Shown: positions 19,484 to 29,008, numbered from the stretch's first letter. The stretch is 38,252 nucleotides of DNA from Candidatus Thalassarchaeaceae archaeon (GCA_965660655.1 CBFIAW010000003.1:1-38252), one strand, 5' to 3'. Program-made: numbers and translations. Notes: generated by a model from the letters alone, not told the origin.

Positions 19484-20758
19484 TCATCCCGGAAGGGCGC
19501 GAAAACCGATGTCTTCGCGGTAATGAGAGCCTTCCAAGGTGATTCCCTCGATAATCTGATATGAAGCCGCCAATGCTTCACTTAGGCTAGGTGCAATTCC
19601 CGTTGCCGAGAGAACCCTACCACCCTTCGAAATGAGTTTTCCGGATTACCCCGTCATCACTCCAGCTAGATGGGCAAAGCCGAGCACCTGCCCTTCGTCG
19701 ATTTCTGCATCCCACCCCTCTATGACTCTTCCAGAAGACACATTCCCGGGGTATCCCTCTGACGCTAGCACAACTGTGGCTGCGTGGAGTTGTTTGAATT
19801 CGACTTCGATCTCTGCAAGATTTCCCTCTGCAGCAGCAAGGAGGACCAAACCCAGATCTGACTGAAACAGAGGAATCGTGACCTGGGCCTCTGGGTCTCC
19901 GAGCCTCACGTTGAACTCAACCACGCTGGGGGCACCTTCTCCATCGATCATCAGACCGACGTACAGGCAACCACGGTAGGGAGTCTCAGAGTTGCGCAGG
20001 TAGTGGTGCATTGGTTCTACGATCTCTTCCTTGGTCCTAGCTAATACGGAAGGAGTGACAACGGGAGCGGGGGCATAGGCACCCATTCCACCAGTGTTTG
20101 GCCCCGCGTCATTATTTCCTACTCTCTTGTGATCTTGACTTGCTGGGAGCATGACATACCCGGACTCATCCATTATCACGAGTACGGAAGCCTCCTCTCC
20201 GGACAGATGTTCCTCAATAAGGACGAATCCGTCGAATTCTATTCCGATTTTGAGAGCCTCATGAGCCTCTTGTCGTGATGAGGTGACGGTTACTCCCTTG
20301 CCCCCTGCAAGGACGTCCCTCTTGACAACCCATGGGGGGTCAAAGGAGTCCAAGATGTCATCTATGGATTCAATTTCGTCTATCTTCGCGAACCTCCCTG
20401 TTGGGACTCCCAATGATTCCATAATCGTCTTTGCATGAATCTTTGATCCTTCGAGGAGGGCGCCCTCGGAATGAGGTCCGAAGCTAGGTATTGATTCCTG
20501 CCTTAGTCGATCGGATAGCCCGGCCACAAGAGGAGCCTCTGGCCCCACCACAACCAATGAAACACCCAATTCATTTGCTAATTCGACTATCCCCTCGATA
20601 TCAGTAACAGAAACTCCGTGATTAGTCGCAACCATGGATGTGCCAGCATTTCCAGGGGCGCAGTGAACGGCCGAAACAGAATTGCTCTGTGAAAGCCCCA
20701 GTGCCAATGCATGCTCTCGGCCGCCTCCTCCAACCACTAGGACTTCCATGCCGGTCAT
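19484..20758 (-). pseudogene. purD: Phosphoribosylamine-glycine ligase with an in-frame TAA at 19646-19648 (nonsense allele or sequence error)
   Basis: VLVVGGGGREHAL, APGNAG, VVGPEAPLVAG, LEGSK, LAGGKGV, QDHKR, GPNTGGMGAY, EFNVRLGDPE. After the TAA the same frame continues SGKLISKGGRVLSATG...HYREDIGFRALPG to TGA at 19484, which would give 424 aa. Confidence 0.9.
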
Positions 20759-20807
20759 GCTTCGCGCTCGCTATTCTGGTGATTAATGGATTGCACGTTG
20801 GGGTTGA

Positions 20808-21491
20808 CTAGTAGGGCACAGACTTGAGCCCGAGGCGGAACCCTATGATGTTGAATGACCTGTGGAGGATTGGCGTAACCAGGAGCAGTATGGCCATCCC
20901 CAGAAGGAGTTCGGAACTCCCCACAATTGACGGTGCGAGCAGAAGTTGGCCGAAAAAGAATGCTGAGGCAGCGAATGGGATGGTATCGAGCAATGGGGCT
21001 TCGGAGCTGACGCTCCCCTCCCTCTTGTGCCCAAGTCTTCGCTTAACAAATGACCCAGCCGAGTCGCCGACCATGCAACCAAAACCAAGTACACAGCCGA
21101 TTGTGAAAGCAGTCATCGAGGCCCCTCCGATGTAGAACCATGCATCTGAGATTTCTGAAGAATTCGTCCCATATGTCGAAAGAGGGTCTAGGAAGGGTGC
21201 AGAATCAACAGGGTTGTCATTCGCCATTATATGAGTGATGACTCCCAATAACCCCCCTCCCATGGTGCCCCCGATTAAGCCGTTCCACGTCTTACCATCC
21301 CCTAAAATCCGATTCCCATCGGACATCACCGCACCTCCATCGATGGTGAAGACGGGGATTCCAGTCAGATCAGGGATCCACTTCCCTCCGAGCATAGCTG
21401 CGGTATTGGAAAGATATCCGGGAAGGTATAGCCAGAGTACTAGAAGTGGTGCGATAACTGGATCATCCCAAGGAAGATTCTCAGACGACAT
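20808..21491 (-). CDS. carS: CDP-archaeol synthase (DUF46)
   Basis: LPGYLSNTAAMLGG, IDGG...DGNRILGDGKTWNG, GDSAGSFVKRRLG, APLLD, LHRSFNIIGFRLGLKSVPY. ATG 21491 is preceded by AGGTGAT. Confidence 0.92.
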   Translation of the reverse strand: MSSENLPWDDPVIAPLLVLWLYLPGYLSNTAAMLGGKWIPDLTGIPVFTIDGGAVMSDGNRILGDGKTWNGLIGGTMGGGLLGVITHIMANDNPVDSAPFLDPLSTYGTNSSEISDAWFYIGGASMTAFTIGCVLGFGCMVGDSAGSFVKRRLGHKREGSVSSEAPLLDTIPFAASAFFFGQLLLAPSIVGSSELLLGMAILLLVTPILHRSFNIIGFRLGLKSVPY

Positions 21492-21605
21492 TATCACCTG
21501 CAAGAAAATCAGGCGATTTAACCTTGGGTAAAACGTTGTACAATTGAGTCTGGGGCATTGCATGGAGGGGTGACCTTCATTTCCCGACTGCTCGACCGAA
21601 CGACA

Positions 21606-23342
21606 ATGAGCAAGAGGTTGACGTTTCTCGTATGCCTAACAATGGCGACTGCAAGCATCGCACTCCCGTCAAATGCAGTCGCTGATAGTGACGACATTAT
21701 CGTGGAGTCTGAATTGACTTGGGACCAAAGCATGACCTTGTCCAATAACGTCAGAGTGGTAAACGGCGGTGTTCTGAACCTAGAATCTTCAGATGGTGTA
21801 AAGACCGATTTCTCCGTAGATTTCGGAGTTGAGATTTTTGTCGACAAGGACTCTCGAATTAATATTCGAGATTCCAAGATTGTTTCCTCGCAGCCGCCGA
21901 GTGGTTTGGTTGGATTTGGCTACTGTGACGAGGACAATCGCTCTGCAATCCACATCCCATGGAATCAACCTAACCGTGGATTCGAGGTGACCTTGTACCC
22001 GGTTGATGGTGCATCTCTAGATGGGGTGACAGCACACTTCGGGAATGGCTCCAAAGAAATTTCAGATGATGATAGCTCCATAGTTTTCCCATCAGGGACG
22101 GAGGGGGTTTGGATTGGTTTGGTCGGCCCGGTTTGCCATCCTGTTTCCCTCAGTCTGGTCAGTGTTTTGAGGGATGGCGGTGGCAATAATCAAAATGTGT
22201 ATCTCGCGGCAGATTTGGAACACAGGAATATGATGGTCCATGGAAACCCGGGCTTCTCCATGGATATCAAAGGCAGTGGCAACTTCATTGACAGTTCGAT
22301 TATGGGGGGTGAAATTACCACTTCAGGAAGCATCTCATTCGAAGGAACAAAACTGAACAGAGTTGGGCCTGTGATATTGACCAGCGACAACGCCTCAATC
22401 ACCCTATCAGGAGTTGTTTTCTCAAACAGTACAGACGATCATGATATCAGAGCAAGAGCTCATTCCTCTATCGAATGGGGGGAGTTGGTTAGTGGCTCGG
22501 GGGGACTGACAGATAAGTGGGAGAGGCGTGTATCGGGGCAGAGCCTGTCCTTCGATGCTATGTTCGTTACATATGAAATCACGGGGATGCACAAATTCCC
22601 AAGCTATTCCAACTTCAGCAACGAAATGGGTCTTTCCTTTATCGATGGGGGGAAGGAGAGAGTAGTCGAGATTGCATGGTCGGCAGACAACACGTGGGAG
22701 GAAAACCCAGTTTGGAGTGAACAGGCGGTTGTCTCCATAACCGATTACAGAACTGCATGGAACCCAGAGGAGTCTGGGATTGGGGATTATGGTGGAGGGC
22801 AATTCGAACTCTCTTGGGATTTGGAAGTAATGGTCGAAAGTGGCACACCAATGGTGAGTTGGGATGACTTGAGAGTGGTTGGAGAAGACGGGTTACTGAA
22901 TGAAGCCTACGTTGGTGATTCGGTTAACGTCGAGGCTGTGATAGTCAATTCTGGAACTGCTGCTGCATCACTGGCGATTAATTGTGAAGCTGCCAGTACC
23001 AATACAACGGCGCAAATCTCACCATCGTTTCCCAACGCTATACTAGGCCCGGGTGAGCAAGTGACTATTTCTTTCAGTTGGAGGACGTCAGTCGCTGGCC
23101 AGGACTCAATCTCATGCAGAATACTGACTCCCACTCAACTCGTGGACGAAATGTCATTCGGAGGGGGGCAGATGTCTAGTCAGAGTGTAAATTGGACAGT
23201 TGCCGAGGACGAGGACGACTCTGCTCTGCTTCCGGCCCTGATCGCCCTAGTAATTGCGGCGGCAATAGGGGGTTACTTGCTATTCTCGATCTACAATAAG
23301 CGAGAAGAGAACACAGTCGGTTACAGGAAGACAGAAGAGTAA
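21606..23342 (+). CDS. Secreted, C-terminally anchored protein of unknown function (CARDB-like domain near the C-terminus)
   Basis: Signal peptide MSKRLTFLVCLTMATASIALPSNAVA; GDSVNVEAVIVNSGTAAA...LGPGEQVTISFSW (CARDB-like); TM LLPALIALVIAAAIGGYLLF. ATG 21606 preferred over TTG 21558. Confidence 0.8.
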   Translation: MSKRLTFLVCLTMATASIALPSNAVADSDDIIVESELTWDQSMTLSNNVRVVNGGVLNLESSDGVKTDFSVDFGVEIFVDKDSRINIRDSKIVSSQPPSGLVGFGYCDEDNRSAIHIPWNQPNRGFEVTLYPVDGASLDGVTAHFGNGSKEISDDDSSIVFPSGTEGVWIGLVGPVCHPVSLSLVSVLRDGGGNNQNVYLAADLEHRNMMVHGNPGFSMDIKGSGNFIDSSIMGGEITTSGSISFEGTKLNRVGPVILTSDNASITLSGVVFSNSTDDHDIRARAHSSIEWGELVSGSGGLTDKWERRVSGQSLSFDAMFVTYEITGMHKFPSYSNFSNEMGLSFIDGGKERVVEIAWSADNTWEENPVWSEQAVVSITDYRTAWNPEESGIGDYGGGQFELSWDLEVMVESGTPMVSWDDLRVVGEDGLLNEAYVGDSVNVEAVIVNSGTAAASLAINCEAASTNTTAQISPSFPNAILGPGEQVTISFSWRTSVAGQDSISCRILTPTQLVDEMSFGGGQMSSQSVNWTVAEDEDDSALLPALIALVIAAAIGGYLLFSIYNKREENTVGYRKTEE

Positions 23343-23344
23343 AC

Positions 23345-24703
23345 TCAGAGAATTCCCTGAGCCATCGTAGATTCTGCGATCTTCAGGAAGCCAGCGATAT
23401 TGGCTCCGGCGACGTAGTTACCAGGCATGCCGTATTTCTCAGCGGTCTCGAAGGCGTTCTTGTGGATGTTCACCATGATCGCTTCGAGCTTCTGGTCGAC
23501 CTCTTCCCTAGTCCAGCTCATCCTTAGGCTGTTCTGACTCATCTCCAGTCCAGATGTTGCTACTCCGCCGGCATTGCTAGCCTTACCTGGTGCGAATAGG
23601 ATCCCGTTATCGAGGAAGACCTCCACTGCTTCGGGGGTGCAAGGCATGTTAGCACCCTCGGCGACAGCGATGACGCCGCCGCTGACTAGCATCTGTGCCT
23701 CAGCCTCGTTAATTTCGTTCTGAGTGGCACAAGGGAGAGCGACGTCAACATTGGTACTCCATAGTTCGTTATGATTCGGTTCTGGCTTTGACTCGGTGTA
23801 CTCTATCCCATCAAAGTGATCAGCGTACTCCTTGATTCGACCTCTCCTGTTGTTCTTCAGGTCCATCAGCCACGCTAGCTTCTCCCGGTCTATTCCAGCG
23901 GCATCGTAGATGTATCCGCTGCTGTCGGACATGGTAACTGGCTTTCCTCCAAGATCTATTACCTTCTGACAGGCGAACTGGGCCACGTTCCCAGAGCCAC
24001 TGATTGCTACTTTGGACCCGTCAAACGACTTGCCCTTAGTTGCTAGCATCTCCCTTGCGAAGTAAACTAATCCGTATCCTGTTGCCTCTGGTCTGACTAG
24101 TGATCCGCCGTAAGAGAGTCCCTTTCCAGTTAGCACTCCAGCGGTGAACTCGTTTGCCATCTTCCTGTACATACCGAACAGGTATCCTATTTCTCTGCCG
24201 CCTACTCCGATGTCTCCTGCTGGGACGTCCAGATCTGCTCCAATATGCCTCCAGAGCTCGCTCATGAATGATTGGCAGAATCTCTTAACCTCTGCATTTG
24301 ACTTCCCCTTTGGGTTGAAGTCGGATCCTCCCTTTCCCCCGCCCATTGGCAGACCAGTCAGGCTGTTCTTGAACACCTGCTCGAAGCCCAAGAACTTTAG
24401 AATTGATAGGTTAACGCTTGAATGGAATCTGAGACCTCCCTTGTACGGCCCTATTGCACTGCTGAACTGAATCCTGAAACCACGGTTGACGTGGAGATCC
24501 CCCTCGTCGTCGTACCACGGGACCCTGAACTGAATGACCCTCTCGGGCTCCACAATCCCATGGACTACGTCAATGTAATCCGGATACTCGGAGATTACCG
24601 GTCCAAGGCTGTCGAGCACTTCTTCAACTGCCTGATGGAACTCGGGCTGGTTCGGGTCTCTTGCTTTCACTGTCTCGTAAATTGTTTTTATCGCATTGTC
24701 CAT
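23345..24703 (-). CDS. gdhA: NADP-specific glutamate dehydrogenase
   Basis: EFHQAVEEV, GPYKGGLRFH, LKFLGFEQVFKNSLTGLPMGGGKGGSDF, DVPAGDIGVGGREIG, RPEATGYG, SGSGNVA, PCATQNE, GKASNAGGVATSGLEMSQN. Confidence 0.97.
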   Translation of the reverse strand: MDNAIKTIYETVKARDPNQPEFHQAVEEVLDSLGPVISEYPDYIDVVHGIVEPERVIQFRVPWYDDEGDLHVNRGFRIQFSSAIGPYKGGLRFHSSVNLSILKFLGFEQVFKNSLTGLPMGGGKGGSDFNPKGKSNAEVKRFCQSFMSELWRHIGADLDVPAGDIGVGGREIGYLFGMYRKMANEFTAGVLTGKGLSYGGSLVRPEATGYGLVYFAREMLATKGKSFDGSKVAISGSGNVAQFACQKVIDLGGKPVTMSDSSGYIYDAAGIDREKLAWLMDLKNNRRGRIKEYADHFDGIEYTESKPEPNHNELWSTNVDVALPCATQNEINEAEAQMLVSGGVIAVAEGANMPCTPEAVEVFLDNGILFAPGKASNAGGVATSGLEMSQNSLRMSWTREEVDQKLEAIMVNIHKNAFETAEKYGMPGNYVAGANIAGFLKIAESTMAQGIL

Positions 24704-24804
24704 TTGGTCACCAACGATTATGTTGACCCTGATGTCGGGCGGGCGCCCCTGTATTTGTTCCCCTTTTCAATGTTCCAAGGGAGAAGTCAGGGTAAAAGGC
24801 GTTA

Positions 24805-26118
24805 TCAGAACAGAATGTGTTTAGCGATTTCGGAAACTCTTTGTTCGTTTCCTGATAGAGTCATCACGTATACTGCTTCTTGGCTGACCTGCCTCTTTCT
24901 GAGGGCATCGGCCATAGGTGTGACCTCCTTTAGCCATCTGGTTTTTCCATCATCGCCAACTACCTTGACGTCAACTTGGGCCATCCTTGGCTCGGATAGT
25001 AGGAGTTTTACACTGGGAACATCGATTGCAACATATCCCGGTTCTAACCCTGCACGGAATGCTATGTCATCCTCTAATTCCCTTCTGGCATTCAAATCAT
25101 TGGCTATTGATACAAGTTTTTCTATCTGCTCAGGTTCTAAATCGTCCTTCCTCCTACTCAGACATACCTTGAGCAAGTTCCGATACTTGAGTCGGGAAAT
25201 CATGTCTCTCGAGAAGCCTCCGACCTTGTCAAGAGCGCTCCAAATCTCTGCGTCGACCCTCCGCTGTAAATCGAGAGAGTCCGGGAGTGCATCGCCAGCC
25301 CTCTCTACCGCACGCGAAAGCATTACTTCGGTCACTCTCGTGACTCTGTGGAAGTACACTGCACTGTACATCAGCCCCCTGGCAACTAGCATCCCCTCTA
25401 ATGCAGATAGCCCGCCCTGTTCGACGGCAATGTCCCCACTCTGTCTTCGGAGGCACTCGATTAGTCGATTGTGGTCCACAACCCCATGCTTGACTCCCGT
25501 GAAATGGGAATCCCTTAGCAGGTAGTCCAGTTGATCACAATCAACAGGCCCATGGACGAGTTGTGCCAGTGTCTTGTCCTCACTGGAGAAATCCGTCTTG
25601 CCTTCTGTCCAGTTCAACAATGACCTCTCAGAACCTGAAGCATCTGTCCCAGTAATCAATGAGGAAACTAGCTTGGGGTCGATATCATAATCTTCCAGAA
25701 TAACTGGAATAGATTTTCTGTCATCTATTGACTCCCTCTCCGCCTCAACCATTACATCGTATTCCCCGAGAATGATTCCTTTCGTTATCTCCATGTGATC
25801 CATTCCACCCCTATCAGCCAGAATATGCTCCAATGTGTGCGAGTAGGGGCCATGTCCAACATCATGGAGCATCGCAGCTACTTGCAGGATAGCCTTATCC
25901 GAGTCATCCAGTGAAATGGAGTCGGCCATCCTCCCTGCTATGTGCGAGGCCCCCAGCGAGTGCTCGAATCTCGTATGATGAGCGCCCGGGAAAACCAAGT
26001 GGGCCAGTCCTAACTGCTTGATGTGACTTAGTTTGTTCATTTCTGGGGTGGAAAGTAGATCCTCAGTAACTCCTTCCAGTTTGAATTGGCCGTGTATTGC
26101 ATCGTTGATGACTTTCAC
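24805..26118 (-). CDS. HD-domain phosphohydrolase, SAMHD1/dNTP triphosphohydrolase-like
   Basis: INDAIHG, IKQLGLAHLVFPGAHHTRFEHSLG, LHDVGHGPYSHTLE, DCDQLDYLLRD, MYSAVYFH. GTG 26118 is the likely start (ORF track uses 26145). Confidence 0.9.
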   Translation of the reverse strand: MKVINDAIHGQFKLEGVTEDLLSTPEMNKLSHIKQLGLAHLVFPGAHHTRFEHSLGASHIAGRMADSISLDDSDKAILQVAAMLHDVGHGPYSHTLEHILADRGGMDHMEITKGIILGEYDVMVEAERESIDDRKSIPVILEDYDIDPKLVSSLITGTDASGSERSLLNWTEGKTDFSSEDKTLAQLVHGPVDCDQLDYLLRDSHFTGVKHGVVDHNRLIECLRRQSGDIAVEQGGLSALEGMLVARGLMYSAVYFHRVTRVTEVMLSRAVERAGDALPDSLDLQRRVDAEIWSALDKVGGFSRDMISRLKYRNLLKVCLSRRKDDLEPEQIEKLVSIANDLNARRELEDDIAFRAGLEPGYVAIDVPSVKLLLSEPRMAQVDVKVVGDDGKTRWLKEVTPMADALRKRQVSQEAVYVMTLSGNEQRVSEIAKHILF

Positions 26119-26200
26119 AGTGGCACCATGGTAAACCAGACACACACCTGCCTTTAATCACTCGATAAAGTCAACAAGAGGAGTTTTCTATTATTCCATT

Positions 26201-26240
26201 ATTGTATTTCATTTGCATTTCAATTGCAATACAATTATAT
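26201..26240 (+). promoter_or_regulatory. Putative operator array and TATA box upstream of the RHH gene
   Basis: Three 11-bp units ATTGTATTTCA/TTTGCATTTCA/ATTGCAATACA (26201-26233). The outer arms ATTGTATT and AATACAAT are perfect inverted repeats. TTATAT at 26235-26240; AGGAGG at 26265-26270. Confidence 0.6.
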
Positions 26241-26278
26241 CCTGTACGCGTCTCTCGTAGACTCAGGAGGAACAGGAG

Positions 26279-26644
26279 GTGCCCGGCAACAGTCCAATGG
26301 TCTCGCTTAGGATACCAGAGGATTACCTCCTAGAACTGGACAGACTCGTGGGCTTCGATGGAATGAGAAACAGGTCCGATGTAATTAGGGAGGCAGTGAG
26401 GAGAATGCTGTCAACACCACTTCCCGGCAAGGGCGACAGGGTCGAAGTGGACCTAGGACCGGATCTAACCGTTAGGTTGAGAGACTACTGCAAAATTGTC
26501 GGTGAGCCGGCAGATGTGGTGCTAAGGCAATCTGCCAGGGAGATGATCCGCAAGGAGATGATCGAGGGGGCCACTGTTGTGGGCCTCTTGAGAAAGCGCA
26601 TGGACGAGTTGCGCTTCAGGCACGATGAAGATTCAAACACATAG
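26279..26644 (+). CDS. Ribbon-helix-helix (CopG/MetJ/NikR-type) transcription regulator, probably with tandem RHH domains
   Basis: MVSLRIPEDYLLELDRLV...NRSDVIREAVRRML is a classic RHH pattern; RVEVDLGPDLTVRLRDYC...ADVVLRQSAREMI looks like a second degenerate unit. AGGAGG lies 8 nt before the GTG. Confidence 0.88.
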   Translation: MPGNSPMVSLRIPEDYLLELDRLVGFDGMRNRSDVIREAVRRMLSTPLPGKGDRVEVDLGPDLTVRLRDYCKIVGEPADVVLRQSAREMIRKEMIEGATVVGLLRKRMDELRFRHDEDSNT

Positions 26645-26655
26645 GTGAGAGAGAT

Positions 26656-26850
26656 ATGGGCGAAGTTGGGATGCACACAAAAAACACGGGGGAGCGGCAT
26701 GTCCGCTCCCCCAACCACCAATCAAACGGCACTAGGGGATTCGGGAACGGACTGAGGAATATCAGGAACAGGGCGAAGAAACTGAGCAATGCAGTGGGTT
26801 ACGAACCAAGAGACGCCCCTAGAACCCCCAGGAAAGCAGAACAGAGTTAG
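26656..26850 (+). CDS. Small basic hypothetical protein (64 aa)
   Basis: AGGTGA Shine-Dalgarno overlapping the RHH stop codon, just upstream of the ATG; fills the gap between RHH and XPD. No recognisable motif. Confidence 0.45.
   Translation: MGEVGMHTKNTGERHVRSPNHQSNGTRGFGNGLRNIRNRAKKLSNAVGYEPRDAPRTPRKAEQS
26679..26712. other. Perfect 10-bp GC hairpin with an adjacent A6 run (terminator-like on the minus strand)
   Basis: GGGGGAGCGG-CATGT-CCGCTCCCCC at 26688-26712; AAAAAA at 26679-26684. Confidence 0.5.
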
Positions 26851-26964
26851 AAATCAACACACACACCGTCCCGCACCTCGTGCGGGGCAACCCCGACTCT
26901 TCCCAAATGGAATGCTGGACATCGGGATGCAAACTTATGGACGGTCAATTTCCAGTACGGCTCC

Positions 26965-28968
26965 ATGTCGGGCGAAGTAGGGGCCAATGGCAGTCTATTC
27001 TTCGCTCATGAATCCCCTCGGGAGTCCCAAACTAGGATGATCTCGGATGGAATTGAGTCATTGAAGGGAGGAGGTTTCCTACTAGCGGCGGCACCTACGG
27101 GAATAGGAAAGACGGCGGCGGCTCTGGCTTCTGCACTCAATGCGGCAAATCTGTACAGTACGAATCCTGAAATTCCCAAAATATTGTTCCTGACAGGTAG
27201 GCAATCTCAACACAGAATAGTTGTTGATACAATTCGAGAGATAAACAAGAGGTTGCCGCCTGGATTCTCCAGAGTAAAGGTGGTCGACATCATCGGAAGG
27301 GAAGGCATGTGCAAGGTAGTGGACAGAACCACTGGGAAGTGCAATTGTGAAGTAGGGGTCACCGAGTCTGAGAGGAGGTTTCTAAGATCTGATCTGGAAG
27401 AGTACATCCATTCCAATCCGCGACATGTTGATCAGGTTCTGAGGCGGGTCAAGAAGGCAGATGTTTGCGCTTGGGCAACAGCGAGAGAAGCAGCCAAATC
27501 CACGGACGTAATTGTCTGTGACTACAATCACGTGTTCGTGGAAGAGGTAAGGGAGGCTTCACTACCAGTGATGGGGGTGGAGTTGGAAAATACAATCCTC
27601 ATAATAGACGAGGCCCACAACCTCCCCAATCGGATTAGGAATGGCCTGCAGAGGAGGATTACAGAACGAGTCTTTCAGAGGGCACTGTCGAACGTTGAAG
27701 AGTATAAGGAAAACATGGAGAAGCGCGAGAGGGAGCTTGATATTCCAGAATCCAATAAGCTTAGGGATGCTATTAATCTAGAAAAGCAAATCAAGGCATT
27801 GAAGGAAGATTCGAGGATGAGAAAATGGTTTGAAGAAAGGAAATCAGAAAACCAGAGGTCCAAAGGAGATGATATCAGAGTAGCGACTCAGGATTTCTTA
27901 GACATCATTTCACAGGCTATTGAGGGTGTTCTAGAGGAAGATTCTGAGGATATAATTTACAGAATCAGGATGATGATCTCCAGATTGTTGGCGGTAGTTG
28001 TCGAAGAAGATGATGATCTTGACGATGAAGAACAGAACGAATGTACTAGACTGGCGGAGATTCTGGAAATTTGCATAAGATATCGAAAAAATTCCGCATT
28101 GGCATTGGTCTTCGATGAATTACTGGAGAATCCCCGAGTGACAAGTCATCTTCTAGATCCAAGTGTTGTTGGCGGACCCATCTTTGAACAATGCCTGGGC
28201 TCGATACTGATGTCAGGAACCCTATTCCCTCCGGAAATGTACGCAGAGATTCTTGGCATACCTGGAGATAGGGTTACATGTCATCAGTATTCATCGGGAT
28301 TCCCTCTTGGAAATAGACCGGTACTGATTGCGAGCGACGTGACTAGCAAGTTCACAGAACGAGAAAGTAGTTTTTCATCGATAATTGGCCATATTAAATC
28401 AGTAATCGATAATACGAAAGGGAATGTTGCGGTCTTCGCTCCCAGCTATTCGATGCTTGGTAGGATTCATGGGGAATTCGAAAAAAGCGGGTGGTGTCCA
28501 AAGAAAATCATCAAGGAAGAGCAACGAATGAGCAAATCTAGGGTTGAGGGTTTGATTTCGAGGCTCTATGAACAGAGGGATATGAGGGGAGCGGTACTTT
28601 TTGGTGTTCTTAGTGGGAAACTGTCCGAGGGAGTGGACTACTCTGAAAACGTCCTGAATGCTCTAGTTTGCGTAGGGCTCCCCCTCCCCCCACCAAGCGC
28701 CAGACAGGATGCTCTGTTGGAATACTATACGAAGAAATTTGATAGGAGCAGGGCATGGAAGTATGCAAGTCTCCAGCCTGCCGTTAACAGCATATTGCAG
28801 GCCCTTGGTAGGCCGATAAGAAAGAAAGAGGACAGAGCCATTGTGATTCTCTTGGAGAAGAGGCTGCTAGAAAGGAGAGTCAGCGACTGCATGCCGGAGA
28901 TGCAGACGATGCAGACATCGAAACCCACTAGAACTGCAGAGCGAGTCAAGTCATTCTTCGAGATTTGA
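26965..28968 (+). CDS. xpd: XPD/Rad3/DinG-family Fe-S DNA helicase
   Basis: Q motif PRESQ, APTGIGKT, four Cys (MC...KCNC...VCAW), DYNH, IIDEAHNL, MSGTL, FAPSY, GKLSEGVDY, QALGRPIR. Confidence 0.92.
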   Translation: MSGEVGANGSLFFAHESPRESQTRMISDGIESLKGGGFLLAAAPTGIGKTAAALASALNAANLYSTNPEIPKILFLTGRQSQHRIVVDTIREINKRLPPGFSRVKVVDIIGREGMCKVVDRTTGKCNCEVGVTESERRFLRSDLEEYIHSNPRHVDQVLRRVKKADVCAWATAREAAKSTDVIVCDYNHVFVEEVREASLPVMGVELENTILIIDEAHNLPNRIRNGLQRRITERVFQRALSNVEEYKENMEKRERELDIPESNKLRDAINLEKQIKALKEDSRMRKWFEERKSENQRSKGDDIRVATQDFLDIISQAIEGVLEEDSEDIIYRIRMMISRLLAVVVEEDDDLDDEEQNECTRLAEILEICIRYRKNSALALVFDELLENPRVTSHLLDPSVVGGPIFEQCLGSILMSGTLFPPEMYAEILGIPGDRVTCHQYSSGFPLGNRPVLIASDVTSKFTERESSFSSIIGHIKSVIDNTKGNVAVFAPSYSMLGRIHGEFEKSGWCPKKIIKEEQRMSKSRVEGLISRLYEQRDMRGAVLFGVLSGKLSEGVDYSENVLNALVCVGLPLPPPSARQDALLEYYTKKFDRSRAWKYASLQPAVNSILQALGRPIRKKEDRAIVILLEKRLLERRVSDCMPEMQTMQTSKPTRTAERVKSFFEI

Positions 28969-29008
28969 ACATCAATGGGTTCATGCGAGTCGGATTACTG
29001 GGCATTGC

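Noticed and set aside
19646-19648. Selenocysteine or pyrrolysine recoding in purD
   Set aside because: The codon is TAA, not TGA or TAG, and it is not at a catalytic position.
23345-24703. Bacterial-type NADP-GdhA as a recent horizontal transfer
   Set aside because: This GDH class is known in several archaeal groups, and there is no visible compositional break or mobility signature.
24422-25525. 367-aa plus-strand ORF spanning gdhA and the HD gene
   Set aside because: It is antisense to two well-supported genes, has no motifs, and has the Ser-rich composition typical of shadow ORFs.
24805-28968. SAMHD1-like HD protein plus DinG/XPD helicase as an antiviral or type IV CRISPR module
   Set aside because: Both look like ordinary archaeal housekeeping families. 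No cas genes, array, nuclease or mobility genes are nearby.
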